Below, in pieces: positions 24,957 to 34,673 of a DNA stretch of 64,000 bases. The position numbers and the translations under genes are program-made. Position 1 is the stretch's first letter. Every line of letters begins with the position of its first letter. This stretch comes from a virus. The stretch spans positions 1 to 64,000 of IMG/VR virus record IMGVR_UViG_3300046463_000548; one strand, written 5' to 3'. Under the pieces are notes generated by a model, which ran no database searches, was not told the DNA's origin, and was given only the letters and a program-made list of their open reading frames with translations.

Positions 24957-25780
24957 GGTTCAATGGTCAGGATGACGGACTCATCCAAGTAGAAGTGCGG
25001 TTTGACGAGCGCCTCGGAAAATCTGGAAAGCTGCGGATAAGCAAAGGTCGCGGTGTCTAGGAGCAAGTTGAGCAGTTCCGGTCTATCCGACGATACGGTC
25101 CACAACGTCGGCGTATCTCTATGCAGCCGGATGCCGACAGATATCTCTTGGTTGTAAGAGAAGCTATTGAACGTCAACGACATCTGTACGTACTCTTCCG
25201 GTGCCAACACCTTGAGGTCGCTCAAGCGAGGCAAACGACCCTTACGACTCGAACGGAGGTCTGCCAGTGGTGCGTACAGGTGTCGGCACAAAGCGATTTG
25301 CTGTTCAGACTCGATACCGTCAAAGGTGTGCTGTCGCGTCTCGATCAAGTCTCGGACGGCCCACGACACGATGCTCAGCGTCTTCATCAGGATGTAGGTC
25401 AGGGGAATCGTCGGGTAGGGCGAGTACCCCGACCGCGTGACGAGGTTTTCCCCGTAGACTCGAAAACCGTAGTCTGCAAACCGCGAGAGCGCGATCACGT
25501 TGTAACCAAGGTCTCGTGCATCATCTATAGCGCCCATCGTCAGTTCACGCGTATCCGGGAAAATCTGCCGAACCACGTCACTCATTGAATAATGGTGGCT
25601 GAGGGGCGATTCGTCGTCGTAGTACAGATAAAGGAACTTCGACAGAGAACGTATCGAATGAGCGTGCTTTGACGGGATGAAAAAGTTGATGCCTGGCTTG
25701 GCTCGCTCTGTCGGTTGAACGTTTACGACGTTGGCAACAGATGGCACGCCCGGATACTGCGGACTGATGAGGTCGAGCAT
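24953..25780 (-). CDS. Hypothetical protein
   Basis: 275-aa ORF with GGAG RBS. Confidence 0.7.
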   Translation of the reverse strand: MLDLISPQYPGVPSVANVVNVQPTERAKPGINFFIPSKHAHSIRSLSKFLYLYYDDESPLSHHYSMSDVVRQIFPDTRELTMGAIDDARDLGYNVIALSRFADYGFRVYGENLVTRSGYSPYPTIPLTYILMKTLSIVSWAVRDLIETRQHTFDGIESEQQIALCRHLYAPLADLRSSRKGRLPRLSDLKVLAPEEYVQMSLTFNSFSYNQEISVGIRLHRDTPTLWTVSSDRPELLNLLLDTATFAYPQLSRFSEALVKPHFYLDESVILTIEP

Positions 25781-25796
25781 TAGAATCTCCAGTTGT

Positions 25797-25985
25797 CTAC
25801 TTACTATTTACTCGTGCCAACTGGATTAATTGCCAGATTCCGTCGTTGACGCTAGACCCCTTACTCAGGGCCCTGAGAAACTGCTGCTCGTCGTCGGAGA
25901 GGTACACCGCCACCCGCTTCCTGCCTAGCTCATCCTGTTTCTGCTTCCACGCGGCTGCTTTTCGTTGACTGTGGGTTAATCCCAT
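25797..25985 (-). CDS. Small ribbon-helix-helix-like DNA-binding protein
   Basis: Re-called start 25985; RKRVAVYLSDDEQQFLRAL..SVNDGIWQLI. Confidence 0.5.
   Translation of the reverse strand: MGLTHSQRKAAAWKQKQDELGRKRVAVYLSDDEQQFLRALSKGSSVNDGIWQLIQLARVNSK
25805..25812 (-). promoter_or_regulatory. AGTAAATA motif
   Basis: 25 nt upstream of 25780 start. Confidence 0.55.
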
Positions 25986-27496
25986 CCTGCGGTTTCCTGT
26001 TGATCCTTTGACCGGAAATACGAATTCAGTACCTCCGTATCTGAGTCGGATATGATCGGCTTGAACTTCGGCCGCACCACCTGATACCACTCCATCTGAA
26101 GACACCTACGGCGCACGGGCATGTCGTCCAGGAAATAGCGTGTGAGCGGATCAGGCTTGTCATCCCAAGGTGTCAGGACACGCGCCGTACGCTGCTCGCA
26201 GTTTTCCTTATTTGAGGACAACGAAACATCGTACAGACAAGAAGCGCGGGGGATGTTGGTGCCGGTCGATAGCAGCTTGAATGAGCCAACGAGCACCTTG
26301 ATCTTGTAGGTACGTGCCCACTCAAGAAAATCATCCCGGTCCTTCTTCTTCAGCGAACCAATAAACGGCTTCGCTATCTCCTTGCCCGCAATCTTGTTGA
26401 TTGCCAAGACCAGCGCCTTGATTGGCTTGATCTGAGCCATCGGTATCAGGATCATGTGGCCGTTCTTTGCGTCTCGAACTGCCCACTCTGCAATCAGCTT
26501 CAGACGTTCGGGGTTATTCTCCAAGTTCGAAACCAGACGAACCCACGGAACCATACCTTTGGCCTTGAACTGGTACTTCGTTCTGACAAGCCGCACCCGG
26601 GGTCGCAGGCGTTCAACCTTGGCCTCAAATATGATGGGACCGACCAGGTTGCGCATGATCACGTAGCGGCCATCCTTACGCGAGGGTGTGCCCGATAGAC
26701 CGATCAGGTAGCGCACGTTCATCGAAGAAATCACTTTCGCGTACTTCGGCGCGGCTCCAGTGTGAATCTCGTCAATGATCATCACCGTGAACATGTCGCG
26801 GATTTCGCGCAGCAGTTTTTGTCCCTTCTCCGACAGGAACGTCTGCGGAGTCACGAGACACACGTCGTATTTCTCGAACTCTTCGAGGGTCTTGCAGAAC
26901 CCGATTTGCGAAGGCTCGCACGAGGTCAGCGCCTTCTGTGTGTTCGATCCGACGAAGGTTTCCCGGAATCCGTTTAGCCACTCGCGCTGGCTCGCAACGA
27001 TGATCGTCTTCGACGCCAGATCGCAGGTTGCGGCGGCTCCAATCACGGTCTTGCCCGAACGGGGAGGGGCCTTGATAACCCCGCGCATCTTTTCGAAGAT
27101 CGCATCAACCGCGTCATCCTGAAACGGCTTGAGCGTGCCCGTGAACTTGAACGGGCGCTTCATCGGAATGTCGGGAGTGTGATTCTTGATCTTGAACTGA
27201 AGCCCGTTGCGCTTCAGCAGCTTCAGGAAGTTGGGCTTGTCACCGGCCGGTGCCTTGATGTACTTCTTGCCCCTGATTTCGACGCTGGACGCCAGATCGG
27301 CACCGCCAAGAAATGCAGCACAGTTGTCGCACGTATCGCAGTGTCGATCCGGAAGAAATTCACAGTTTTGACAGGCTTTTTCCTCGTAGAACCGGAAGCT
27401 ATATTTCGCTTGAATCTCTTTTCGTACATCTACAGGTAGGAGGTCTCTGCGCACGAGCAGAGACTCACGGTGATGCACGGTAATCGGGTCGCTCAT
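25976..27496 (-). CDS. SF2 DExH helicase (UvsW/XPB-like)
   Basis: LKPFQ, APPRSGKT, IIDEIH, GLSGTPSRKDG, STGTNIP, EQRTARV. Confidence 0.9.
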   Translation of the reverse strand: MSDPITVHHRESLLVRRDLLPVDVRKEIQAKYSFRFYEEKACQNCEFLPDRHCDTCDNCAAFLGGADLASSVEIRGKKYIKAPAGDKPNFLKLLKRNGLQFKIKNHTPDIPMKRPFKFTGTLKPFQDDAVDAIFEKMRGVIKAPPRSGKTVIGAAATCDLASKTIIVASQREWLNGFRETFVGSNTQKALTSCEPSQIGFCKTLEEFEKYDVCLVTPQTFLSEKGQKLLREIRDMFTVMIIDEIHTGAAPKYAKVISSMNVRYLIGLSGTPSRKDGRYVIMRNLVGPIIFEAKVERLRPRVRLVRTKYQFKAKGMVPWVRLVSNLENNPERLKLIAEWAVRDAKNGHMILIPMAQIKPIKALVLAINKIAGKEIAKPFIGSLKKKDRDDFLEWARTYKIKVLVGSFKLLSTGTNIPRASCLYDVSLSSNKENCEQRTARVLTPWDDKPDPLTRYFLDDMPVRRRCLQMEWYQVVRPKFKPIISDSDTEVLNSYFRSKDQQETAGWD

Positions 27497-28317
27497 AGTA
27501 CGAGAATAGGCGCAGGTTTGGTTCTGAAGCCTGCACCGGGTACGGGCTTCATTTTTGTTTGATTTGGCTCATATCCAGCAACACGGTTTCCTTTATCATC
27601 CATCACCAGGATGACGTAGCGATAACCCGCACGGCGTGCTGAATATGTCTTCAGGAGATTCCGCACGCGATCACGCTCGAACGTGTACGTAGATTTAACC
27701 TCTATGATCAGATTTTCTTTCGGTACCCATAGGTCGGGATAATGTTTCCGGCCGTTCCAGTTGATGACCGGGGTTCGCCCCGCTGGGTCCATGCTGAATA
27801 CAATGTCTTCGGGCGCGATGCCTTTATGTTCGACAAGGTAATTCGCGGCGTATAGCTCGTAGCCTTGATATCGAATCTCCCGTCCGTGCCAGTTGCTGCA
27901 TCTGTAGCCGTGCTTCTGACGTGCGACTGCGCAACCCCTACATCCCTTCCCCGCAAGGTGGTCCTGCCGCGCCTGTAAGAATTCGCCGTGGTTCGGACAA
28001 ACTATAGGCACCTTGAAAGGAAGCCTCCCTGTCGGGACTTTTGAGTAGTCGTACCTGCTGCCGTGCACCCCCGACGCCCGCTCAATGAACTGTGCTCTGG
28101 TGTGTCTCGTGTGTGCCGTGGTGAGGTCTGACGCGCAGCGTTTGCATCCTGCACGGCCCTTCATGTGGTGCTCTGCGCGCTGCGTAAACATGCCGTGCTG
28201 AGGACATCGCACAGTAACCTTTTTGCACACGCCAACAAACTTTGTTTGCGAGTAGTCGAACTGTAGCGACTGATTTTGTTTCGAAATTCTTAGGAAGTCG
28301 GCGTGCGAGTAGACCAT
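27493..28317 (-). CDS. Putative free-standing homing endonuclease (Zn-finger repeats + PD-(D/E)xK domain)
   Basis: Two YDYSK..CP.HG.F.Q....H..G..C..C repeats; YPDLWVP..NLIIEVKS. Confidence 0.75.
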   Translation of the reverse strand: MVYSHADFLRISKQNQSLQFDYSQTKFVGVCKKVTVRCPQHGMFTQRAEHHMKGRAGCKRCASDLTTAHTRHTRAQFIERASGVHGSRYDYSKVPTGRLPFKVPIVCPNHGEFLQARQDHLAGKGCRGCAVARQKHGYRCSNWHGREIRYQGYELYAANYLVEHKGIAPEDIVFSMDPAGRTPVINWNGRKHYPDLWVPKENLIIEVKSTYTFERDRVRNLLKTYSARRAGYRYVILVMDDKGNRVAGYEPNQTKMKPVPGAGFRTKPAPILVL

Positions 28318-28318
28318 T

Positions 28319-28789
28319 TCATTTTGCAGAAATCGTTAGCGTGATAGATGACGCGTTCGTTATGTTCTTGATGCCTTGGAGATTGGCACCTGTGAAACGG
28401 ACCTTCACGGGAGCCTGTGCGTTGGTCAGTGTTGAGTCCGCTACAGCCTCAAGCGTGAAGTTGAGCGAAGTCCAGCCCTGTACGATTCGCTCCTGAGTGG
28501 ATGCAACATTTGCGGCCAGCGCCAGAGCCAGGACCAGCGCATCATTACCAGTCGCCACGATGTTTTCGCCCTTGTACTGCTTGGCTAGGGCCTTGACGAA
28601 CGACAGAAGCGCACCCAGATCGTCGGTTGACTGAAGGTCTGAGTTCAGCGACAGCACATACACGCTGGTCTTTTTGTTGACTTCAATTGACCCGACGAAC
28701 GACGCGTTACCTGTGTTCATCAACGCGTAGTAACGCGAAGAGCTTGGGTCAACTGCCAGAGCAGGGCCCGAAAGAATGGAATAGTTCAC
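28319..28789 (-). CDS. Hypothetical protein
   Basis: GTGA overlap. Confidence 0.6.
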   Translation of the reverse strand: MNYSILSGPALAVDPSSSRYYALMNTGNASFVGSIEVNKKTSVYVLSLNSDLQSTDDLGALLSFVKALAKQYKGENIVATGNDALVLALALAANVASTQERIVQGWTSLNFTLEAVADSTLTNAQAPVKVRFTGANLQGIKNITNASSITLTISAK

Positions 28790-29253
28790 GATGTCACCTT
28801 GGGATTACGTGAGAAACGCACTTTGTTGACTCGCGATTTCTCGACTTCTTTTGAGTTGCCGAACCTGTCAATCTTCTCCAGGGTGCCGGTTGCAGTCACC
28901 GACTCCACTTCAAAGTGACCTTTCGGTTCGAGCGTCACAATTGCCTGATAGGAGTTGCCGTGCAGTCGAACTTCGATCTGCTCGTGCTCTGCCAGGTAGT
29001 ACGGCGCAAAGTAGTACAGCAGGTAGGACATGTGCTGGTACAGACGCTGCTCCTGTGTATCGATAACCAGCAGTGAGTATTCGGCGGGGCCTTGAGCCGA
29101 TGGCGACTCGATGATCATGGCCGATGAGAACAATGCCAGTTCGCGCCGATAGCCGAACTTGGTTTCGTACTCTGTGTACTTCCATAGGTGCGACGTGGTC
29201 TGATCCGCGTGCTCCAGGAAGTGGTTGAAGAAGTTTCGTAGGTTCACTGACAT
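28786..29253 (-). CDS. Hypothetical protein
   Basis: AGGT RBS. Confidence 0.65.
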   Translation of the reverse strand: MSVNLRNFFNHFLEHADQTTSHLWKYTEYETKFGYRRELALFSSAMIIESPSAQGPAEYSLLVIDTQEQRLYQHMSYLLYYFAPYYLAEHEQIEVRLHGNSYQAIVTLEPKGHFEVESVTATGTLEKIDRFGNSKEVEKSRVNKVRFSRNPKVTS

Positions 29254-29269
29254 TTAGAGCACCTATAGG

Positions 29270-29863
29270 TCAACGTGTGTTGCCATACTGATTTCCGTCC
29301 AACGCCACATCAGGCGCGAGCACGTGCTGCAACATAGCTTCCGCTTCGTCGGCATTGAGCAGGTTCGTGCCTGAGCGTGGAAACGGGTATGCCGGGTTCG
29401 TGGCACATTGATCTGCCGCGACCGTTTGTGGCAGGGGCCACGAGAGAAAGCGATTCACTAGCAACTTGAGACCACTCTGCGCTGACGCACGGAATAGATC
29501 GCTCAAGACTCGCCAGCGCTTACCCTCAACTCCCTCAATAGGCTTGCCCAGAGCCTCAACATGCGCCCGTCCTGCCGCCCACTCGATAGCCCCCCGCTGC
29601 TCATCTGTCAGCCCAACCTGCGGTGCTTCCTCGCGGGCAGCGGCGCGGTTGTTCCAATGAAGAAGAGCATCGTCGCGGGATTCGCCCAGTACGGAAGCGT
29701 CGCAACCGCCTGAAGGTGCTGTGCAATGCGCGCCCCATACAGACCGAGATGTCGTGAGCGGGTAAAGAAAATCCGGGTCGTCCATTTCAGGCTGAAACCC
29801 GCAAAACGGGCACGGCTTCAGTTCCACACACTGCGCGGTAGATTGGGATTGGGTCGTGGTCAT
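29270..29863 (-). CDS. Lar-family (restriction-alleviation-like) zinc-finger mosaic protein
   Basis: LKPCPFCG...C.....C.A...A...WN.R. Confidence 0.7.
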   Translation of the reverse strand: MTTTQSQSTAQCVELKPCPFCGFQPEMDDPDFLYPLTTSRSVWGAHCTAPSGGCDASVLGESRDDALLHWNNRAAAREEAPQVGLTDEQRGAIEWAAGRAHVEALGKPIEGVEGKRWRVLSDLFRASAQSGLKLLVNRFLSWPLPQTVAADQCATNPAYPFPRSGTNLLNADEAEAMLQHVLAPDVALDGNQYGNTR

Positions 29864-30420
29864 CAAATCACCTTGGAGCCTTTCGAACCGTCCAACATGA
29901 CAATCATTTGAGTCATGTTGGACATGTGGTAGGAAGCCTTGTCTATGTCGTTCACGATCTGATCAAGCATGTCGATCAGGGCGGTGGCTTCTGTGGTAAT
30001 GGAGCGTGCTGACTTCTGTACCCGCTCGATTAGCGCGTTGCGTGACTCAGCGTTTGAGAACGCGCGCATCTCTTCCATGTACGTCGTCAGTACGTGGTTC
30101 TTCAGTGCCTTGCACGCGTCCTCCAGGCTATCCAGATGGACTTTGCAACGCACCCGTATTTCCACAAGACGTGCGCGACTGGACATGTCGTTCGCTGCGG
30201 CTTCCAACATGATCTTTGGGCTGAACTGCTTCTTGCCGTGAATCTGCCGAGACAGCCGGTTCATCATCAGAGCCAGCGCCTCTTCGCGATACTGTTCGAT
30301 CTTGAGGTAGGTGCGGGCCGTCTTAACGATGTTTCGGAACGTCGAAAAAGCATCGTCTTGGCGTATGGTGTCGAACAGCGAATCCAGATCGAAATCTTCG
30401 TTTCTAGAACTGCGTGCCAT
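29863..30420 (-). CDS. Helical hypothetical protein
   Basis: 185-aa coiled-coil ORF in replication block. Confidence 0.7.
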   Translation of the reverse strand: MARSSRNEDFDLDSLFDTIRQDDAFSTFRNIVKTARTYLKIEQYREEALALMMNRLSRQIHGKKQFSPKIMLEAAANDMSSRARLVEIRVRCKVHLDSLEDACKALKNHVLTTYMEEMRAFSNAESRNALIERVQKSARSITTEATALIDMLDQIVNDIDKASYHMSNMTQMIVMLDGSKGSKVI

Positions 30421-30423
30421 TAA

Positions 30424-30801
30424 TCACTGCTCCGAAAATATTAGGTTGAGCGCATCGGACACGCGGGGCGACACGATGAGCGAACCCTTGCCCGGGTAGT
30501 TGTAGACGACTAGCACCTTGTCGATCTTCAGAACTACCTCCACGGCGGTCGCTGCCCCGCGCTTCGATTCGAGGAACGTCGCGACGTAGCCACCTTGATT
30601 CAGCGTCTGGAACTCTGACTGAAAGAAATACCCAACGCGCTCGTCACCTACCAACAGCCAGTTAGCAGTGAACATGCAAGCCAGCGGAATCCTCGGTCCG
30701 ATTTCGATGGTCGTGCGCTTCGGTACCGGCCGCGTAAAAAGGGAAAAACCCCCATTTGCTTCATAGAACAGATGGGGGTCCAAGTCGTTGTTGAATAACA
30801 T
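30424..30801 (-). CDS. Hypothetical protein
   Basis: AGGA RBS. Confidence 0.65.
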   Translation of the reverse strand: MLFNNDLDPHLFYEANGGFSLFTRPVPKRTTIEIGPRIPLACMFTANWLLVGDERVGYFFQSEFQTLNQGGYVATFLESKRGAATAVEVVLKIDKVLVVYNYPGKGSLIVSPRVSDALNLIFSEQ

Positions 30802-30804
30802 TTC

Positions 30805-31869
30805 CTATTCCTGATTCAACGCGATGAGCGAGTAGGCGTCTGCTGTCTTTAGGACAAGAAAAGATTCGGCATACTTGATTTGAACCGAGTCACCTGACTT
30901 GCGAACGGCCTCTTCAAAGTATTCGGCATCGATCCTGAACTCTGCATCGAGCTTGGTTGTTGCTGGCAGCTTGCTTTTTGCTGTCCCCAGCGTGGTCTTA
31001 ACCGTGAGAGTGACGAATCCGGGCTCACACTTCACCTGGACTTCAGAGCGCGATTTGTCGGAGACCGAACGCGCGTTGCTGAGGAAGCCCTGAACCTCTG
31101 ACTTCTTCACTTCGATAGACTGCGCGTCAACCTTGAGCGACTCCTGCGCCTTTTCCCGGAGCATGTCGATCCCGATCACCGAATCGTCGTCCGTTGCAGG
31201 GAGCGCCAGCGACACATCAACCAGCTTGTTCTTAACGTGCAGCGCTGACCCAGTGAGCAGCATCTTGCATTGCACCTTGTTGAACGTATCGAGGACGGCC
31301 GTCAGCGTGTCAATCGGCAACGTGAATTCCATGTCGCCAGTGATTTCCTTGGTGCGCGTGAACATCATGTGATTCGCGTCGGCGCACGCGACGAACGCAG
31401 ACCGATCCGATAACTGAACCGACACGGGCATGAACGATGTGATGTTCTGAGTTGGCTTCAGGTAGACGGCAGCAACCGCATTCTTCAGCCACGTTAGCTG
31501 CTCGATACTCACGACCCACGGCTTGCCCGTCACGTCTTCACGCTCAACAGCAATCGCGTCCAGTGTCGTTAGCTGCACCCGGTAGCGGCTGCTCTTGATC
31601 GTGAGCAACGATCCATCGAAATCGAACGTCAGTTCCTTGCGGCCTGAAATCGCATCCTTCAACGCCGTTGCTGGAATCGCGAACGTCGTGTCCTCGCCGT
31701 CAACTGGGGCAGGGATCAAGATCGAGCAGCGGCTCAGTGCGTCCACGGAATGCAGGTAAATCTGGTTGTCCGAAATCTCGAAGGTGAAGTTGCCGGTGAT
31801 GGGCGGGGCGAGGCGAAGTGCTACACGAATCGCCTCGTTGACGATGTCAGAATCAATAGAAAAACGCAT
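30805..31869 (-). CDS. dnaN: DNA polymerase III beta-type sliding clamp
   Basis: 354 aa, MRFSID start, three alpha/beta domains, ends SLIALN; clamp loader nearby. Confidence 0.7.
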   Translation of the reverse strand: MRFSIDSDIVNEAIRVALRLAPPITGNFTFEISDNQIYLHSVDALSRCSILIPAPVDGEDTTFAIPATALKDAISGRKELTFDFDGSLLTIKSSRYRVQLTTLDAIAVEREDVTGKPWVVSIEQLTWLKNAVAAVYLKPTQNITSFMPVSVQLSDRSAFVACADANHMMFTRTKEITGDMEFTLPIDTLTAVLDTFNKVQCKMLLTGSALHVKNKLVDVSLALPATDDDSVIGIDMLREKAQESLKVDAQSIEVKKSEVQGFLSNARSVSDKSRSEVQVKCEPGFVTLTVKTTLGTAKSKLPATTKLDAEFRIDAEYFEEAVRKSGDSVQIKYAESFLVLKTADAYSLIALNQE

Positions 31870-31900
31870 TGGGAAGGGGTCAGTTTGTTGGCTTATTTAT

Positions 31901-31908
31901 TATTTACT
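31901..31908 (-). promoter_or_regulatory. AGTAAATA motif upstream of clamp gene
   Basis: 32 nt upstream of start. Confidence 0.6.
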
Positions 31909-31912
31909 GGCG

Positions 31913-32758
31913 TCAAACCACAGTCAGGTTTAGCGTTGCAGGTGTTGAAGTCACGACACCGTTTGTGTTCATGGTGACCAAGAACGAAAAGGTGTAGGTT
32001 CCTGCGGGCGGGTCTTGCAAACGCAGAATCCGGATCGTGTCGAACACGGCACCGCCACCGGCCGAAATCGTTTGACCGCCTTGACCCGTCACCACCGAAG
32101 CCTTGAAGTAACCGCCTGCGGGATTCGACTGAATGCTGATCGACTGCGGCACAACAAAGTTGCCCGTGTTCTGCGTGTTCGTATCCGGGTTGAATTTCGC
32201 ATTGAACAGGGTGGTCCACGAGAAATCGAAGAACGCGCAGTTCGGGTCAAACGCGGCCATGTCGATGCTGGTTGCCCAGCGCAGCGCTTGAGGTGTCGTC
32301 ACTTGCGGATTCCCTGGAGAAGCGGCCGATGGGTTAACGAAGTCTGCGAGGCTGAACTTCAAAGAGTCCAGATACACGCCACGGCCGAAGAAGTTGATCA
32401 TCTTCGTCGGGGTCAGCGCCCAACGTGAGTAGAAGCCGAGAGTGTTCGGGACGCTCGAATACACGAGTTCGGTGTAGCCGAGCCACGGAGTCAGACCGTC
32501 TTCCACCTCAGGCCACTGCGCTGCCATGAATTGTTCAACGCGTTGCTCATCGTTGACGTTGGTCAGATTCTTCGGGGCCAGCGTCACTGTCGTGATCGGC
32601 ACAGAGCCGTCAGCCAGGACGAACGATTTCTCGGTGCCAGCGAAGGTCGTGCTCGCGATAGGGAAGAAGCCGACCACGTTTCCGGAGGTCGTAAGAACCG
32701 GAAGCACGGTCTGTGTTGAGGGTGCTGCCAGCGGCAGACCATACTGATTTTGTGACAT
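31913..32758 (-). CDS. Probable virion structural protein (beta-rich, Ig-like C-terminus)
   Basis: AAGGA RBS at MSQNQ; T/V/N-rich; PPAGTYTFSF...LNLTVV. Confidence 0.6.
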   Translation of the reverse strand: MSQNQYGLPLAAPSTQTVLPVLTTSGNVVGFFPIASTTFAGTEKSFVLADGSVPITTVTLAPKNLTNVNDEQRVEQFMAAQWPEVEDGLTPWLGYTELVYSSVPNTLGFYSRWALTPTKMINFFGRGVYLDSLKFSLADFVNPSAASPGNPQVTTPQALRWATSIDMAAFDPNCAFFDFSWTTLFNAKFNPDTNTQNTGNFVVPQSISIQSNPAGGYFKASVVTGQGGQTISAGGGAVFDTIRILRLQDPPAGTYTFSFLVTMNTNGVVTSTPATLNLTVV

Positions 32759-32769
32759 TTGGTGTTCCT

Positions 32770-33153
32770 TTATTGAGCGACGTTCTGTACCTTCACAAAA
32801 CTGAGATTCGTACCCTGGCAAGTCACGCCGCACACACAGGTACCGCCTGACGGGTCGGTCTGAGTGATCAGTTCTTCATTCGGGAATAGCTCGGTACCCA
32901 CGGGCTCTCGCCAACACACTCGAAGTTCTTGCTGCTGCGTGTTGGACAGATCGAGAGGGCCGTCTGTGATCGGCGCATAGGCGAAAGGCGTGAATGCTGA
33001 CGTGACGGGTGCACCTACGAGCGTCACAGTTGGCGCTGCCTGCACGGGCAGGAACGCGCCATCTGAGAGAACGAGGTCGGTCGTATCAACATCGATCACC
33101 TGTTGCGGTTGGCCGTTGACAGGTACCAGATACAAGCGAATGAAAGAGGGCAT
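32770..33153 (-). CDS. Probable virion structural protein
   Basis: GGAG RBS, beta-rich composition. Confidence 0.55.
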   Translation of the reverse strand: MPSFIRLYLVPVNGQPQQVIDVDTTDLVLSDGAFLPVQAAPTVTLVGAPVTSAFTPFAYAPITDGPLDLSNTQQQELRVCWREPVGTELFPNEELITQTDPSGGTCVCGVTCQGTNLSFVKVQNVAQ

Positions 33154-33195
33154 GGTTGCTAAGACTCCAGGGAAATGAGGGAATGCCCTATCAAA

Positions 33196-33960
33196 TTACT
33201 GCTTGTTTTTGGCTTCCTTTATGCGAGCCACGGCCATTGGGTAATATTTGTCGTCCTTCTCGATGCCGATGAAATTTCGGCCCGTGTTCGCACAAGCGAC
33301 ACCGGTCGTACCCGAACCCATGCAGTTATCTAATACCGTGTCACCCTCTTGGGTATAGGTGTTGATTAGATACTCCATCAACTGAACCGGCTTCTGCGTG
33401 GGATGCATGTGCCCTTTGCCGGACGGATTTGAAATCTTCACGACTGAGCGAGGAACCCGCTTACCATCGCTCTTTCCGAGATAGCCTTTCATGCCACCGC
33501 TTGTGACCCGCTTACCGCCCGTAGCGAAACCTCTGTCCCATGGCTCACCCGCCTCGAATTGCGGGTGATACCGCATAGGGTCTTTCGAACCCTGCGCAGC
33601 AGGAGCCTTACTGAATACGCATATGTCTTCGTGCACTTTCAAGGGTTGATACTTGGTGTGAACGAAATTACTGCCCTTGGTCTTCTCCCACACCCAGCAG
33701 TACTTGAATAACTTAATATTGCTGGCTATGAGCGTGGTCGTGAACGGCTGAGAGGCGGTCAGCACGATTGCAGCGTTGCGTTTTGTTATACGCAGATAGT
33801 GCTCCCAGAGAGGGGCGAATGCGATTATCGAGTCCCATTTGCAGGCAGTGGTTCCGTACGGTAGGTCACACAAAATAAGATCAACAGATTGGTCTTCTAT
33901 CTTGTACATTTTGTCCAGACAGTCGCCATGCATAACCCATGTCCAAGGTACTTTACTCAT
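33196..33960 (-). CDS. Orphan N4-C/N6-A DNA methyltransferase (beta class)
   Basis: GDCL, DLILCDLPYG, HPTQKP, VLDNCMGSGTTG, FIGIE. Confidence 0.92.
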   Translation of the reverse strand: MSKVPWTWVMHGDCLDKMYKIEDQSVDLILCDLPYGTTACKWDSIIAFAPLWEHYLRITKRNAAIVLTASQPFTTTLIASNIKLFKYCWVWEKTKGSNFVHTKYQPLKVHEDICVFSKAPAAQGSKDPMRYHPQFEAGEPWDRGFATGGKRVTSGGMKGYLGKSDGKRVPRSVVKISNPSGKGHMHPTQKPVQLMEYLINTYTQEGDTVLDNCMGSGTTGVACANTGRNFIGIEKDDKYYPMAVARIKEAKNKQ

Positions 33961-34673
33961 TGATTCTGACTCGCTGACTTGATCACGTACATGATCTCGA
34001 ACTGCTCAACGCCGAATTCCTTGCACACCTGTTCCACTGGTTTGCTGTTGGTTGCCTTGATCGCTTCGCGCAGATTCAGCGCTTTGTCTGAGTCCATCAT
34101 CGAGAGCAGATCGTTGAACTTCAGGCTCGATTTGAGGATCGTTTTGACCTTGGCGAGGGGCACCATCCCCGCGAGATACTGGATGCACAGCTTCTGCACT
34201 TCCTTGCGCTTCGGGTACGGCGTGATGCGGTAAATCGAACCTTGGATCAGGTTGAGGAAGGCAGGCTTCGAGGCAATCAGTACGTAGTCAGATAGTGAAG
34301 GCTCGTTGACCGTCAGCGACCAGCTTGCCTCCGCGTCCAACGCGTGAACCAGCGCATCTTTTATCGAGTCCTCAAGAGACTTCGTGCGGCGCTCAGGCCA
34401 CAGCATCTGACTGACGTTGGACTGTCCGAGAGCGGTGCGCGCATCGCACACAAAGTAGATGAGGGGTGACCGCTTCGTCTTGATCTTCGGAATCGTTTTC
34501 AGCTTGTCGATCACGACAGGCCACGCTGGCTGCGCCGCAGATAAGCCGTCAATCGTCACGGCCATCGTGCGGATAAATCCCCCGACTACGGAATGGCTCA
34601 ACTGGAAGCGTTTCAGAATTTCTGACGCTTCGATAGGTGAGCAATCCACCAGGCCATAGGCGTTTAAAATCAT
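33957..34673 (-). CDS. Hypothetical protein
   Basis: ATGA-coupled on both sides. Confidence 0.7.
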   Translation of the reverse strand: MILNAYGLVDCSPIEASEILKRFQLSHSVVGGFIRTMAVTIDGLSAAQPAWPVVIDKLKTIPKIKTKRSPLIYFVCDARTALGQSNVSQMLWPERRTKSLEDSIKDALVHALDAEASWSLTVNEPSLSDYVLIASKPAFLNLIQGSIYRITPYPKRKEVQKLCIQYLAGMVPLAKVKTILKSSLKFNDLLSMMDSDKALNLREAIKATNSKPVEQVCKEFGVEQFEIMYVIKSASQNQ

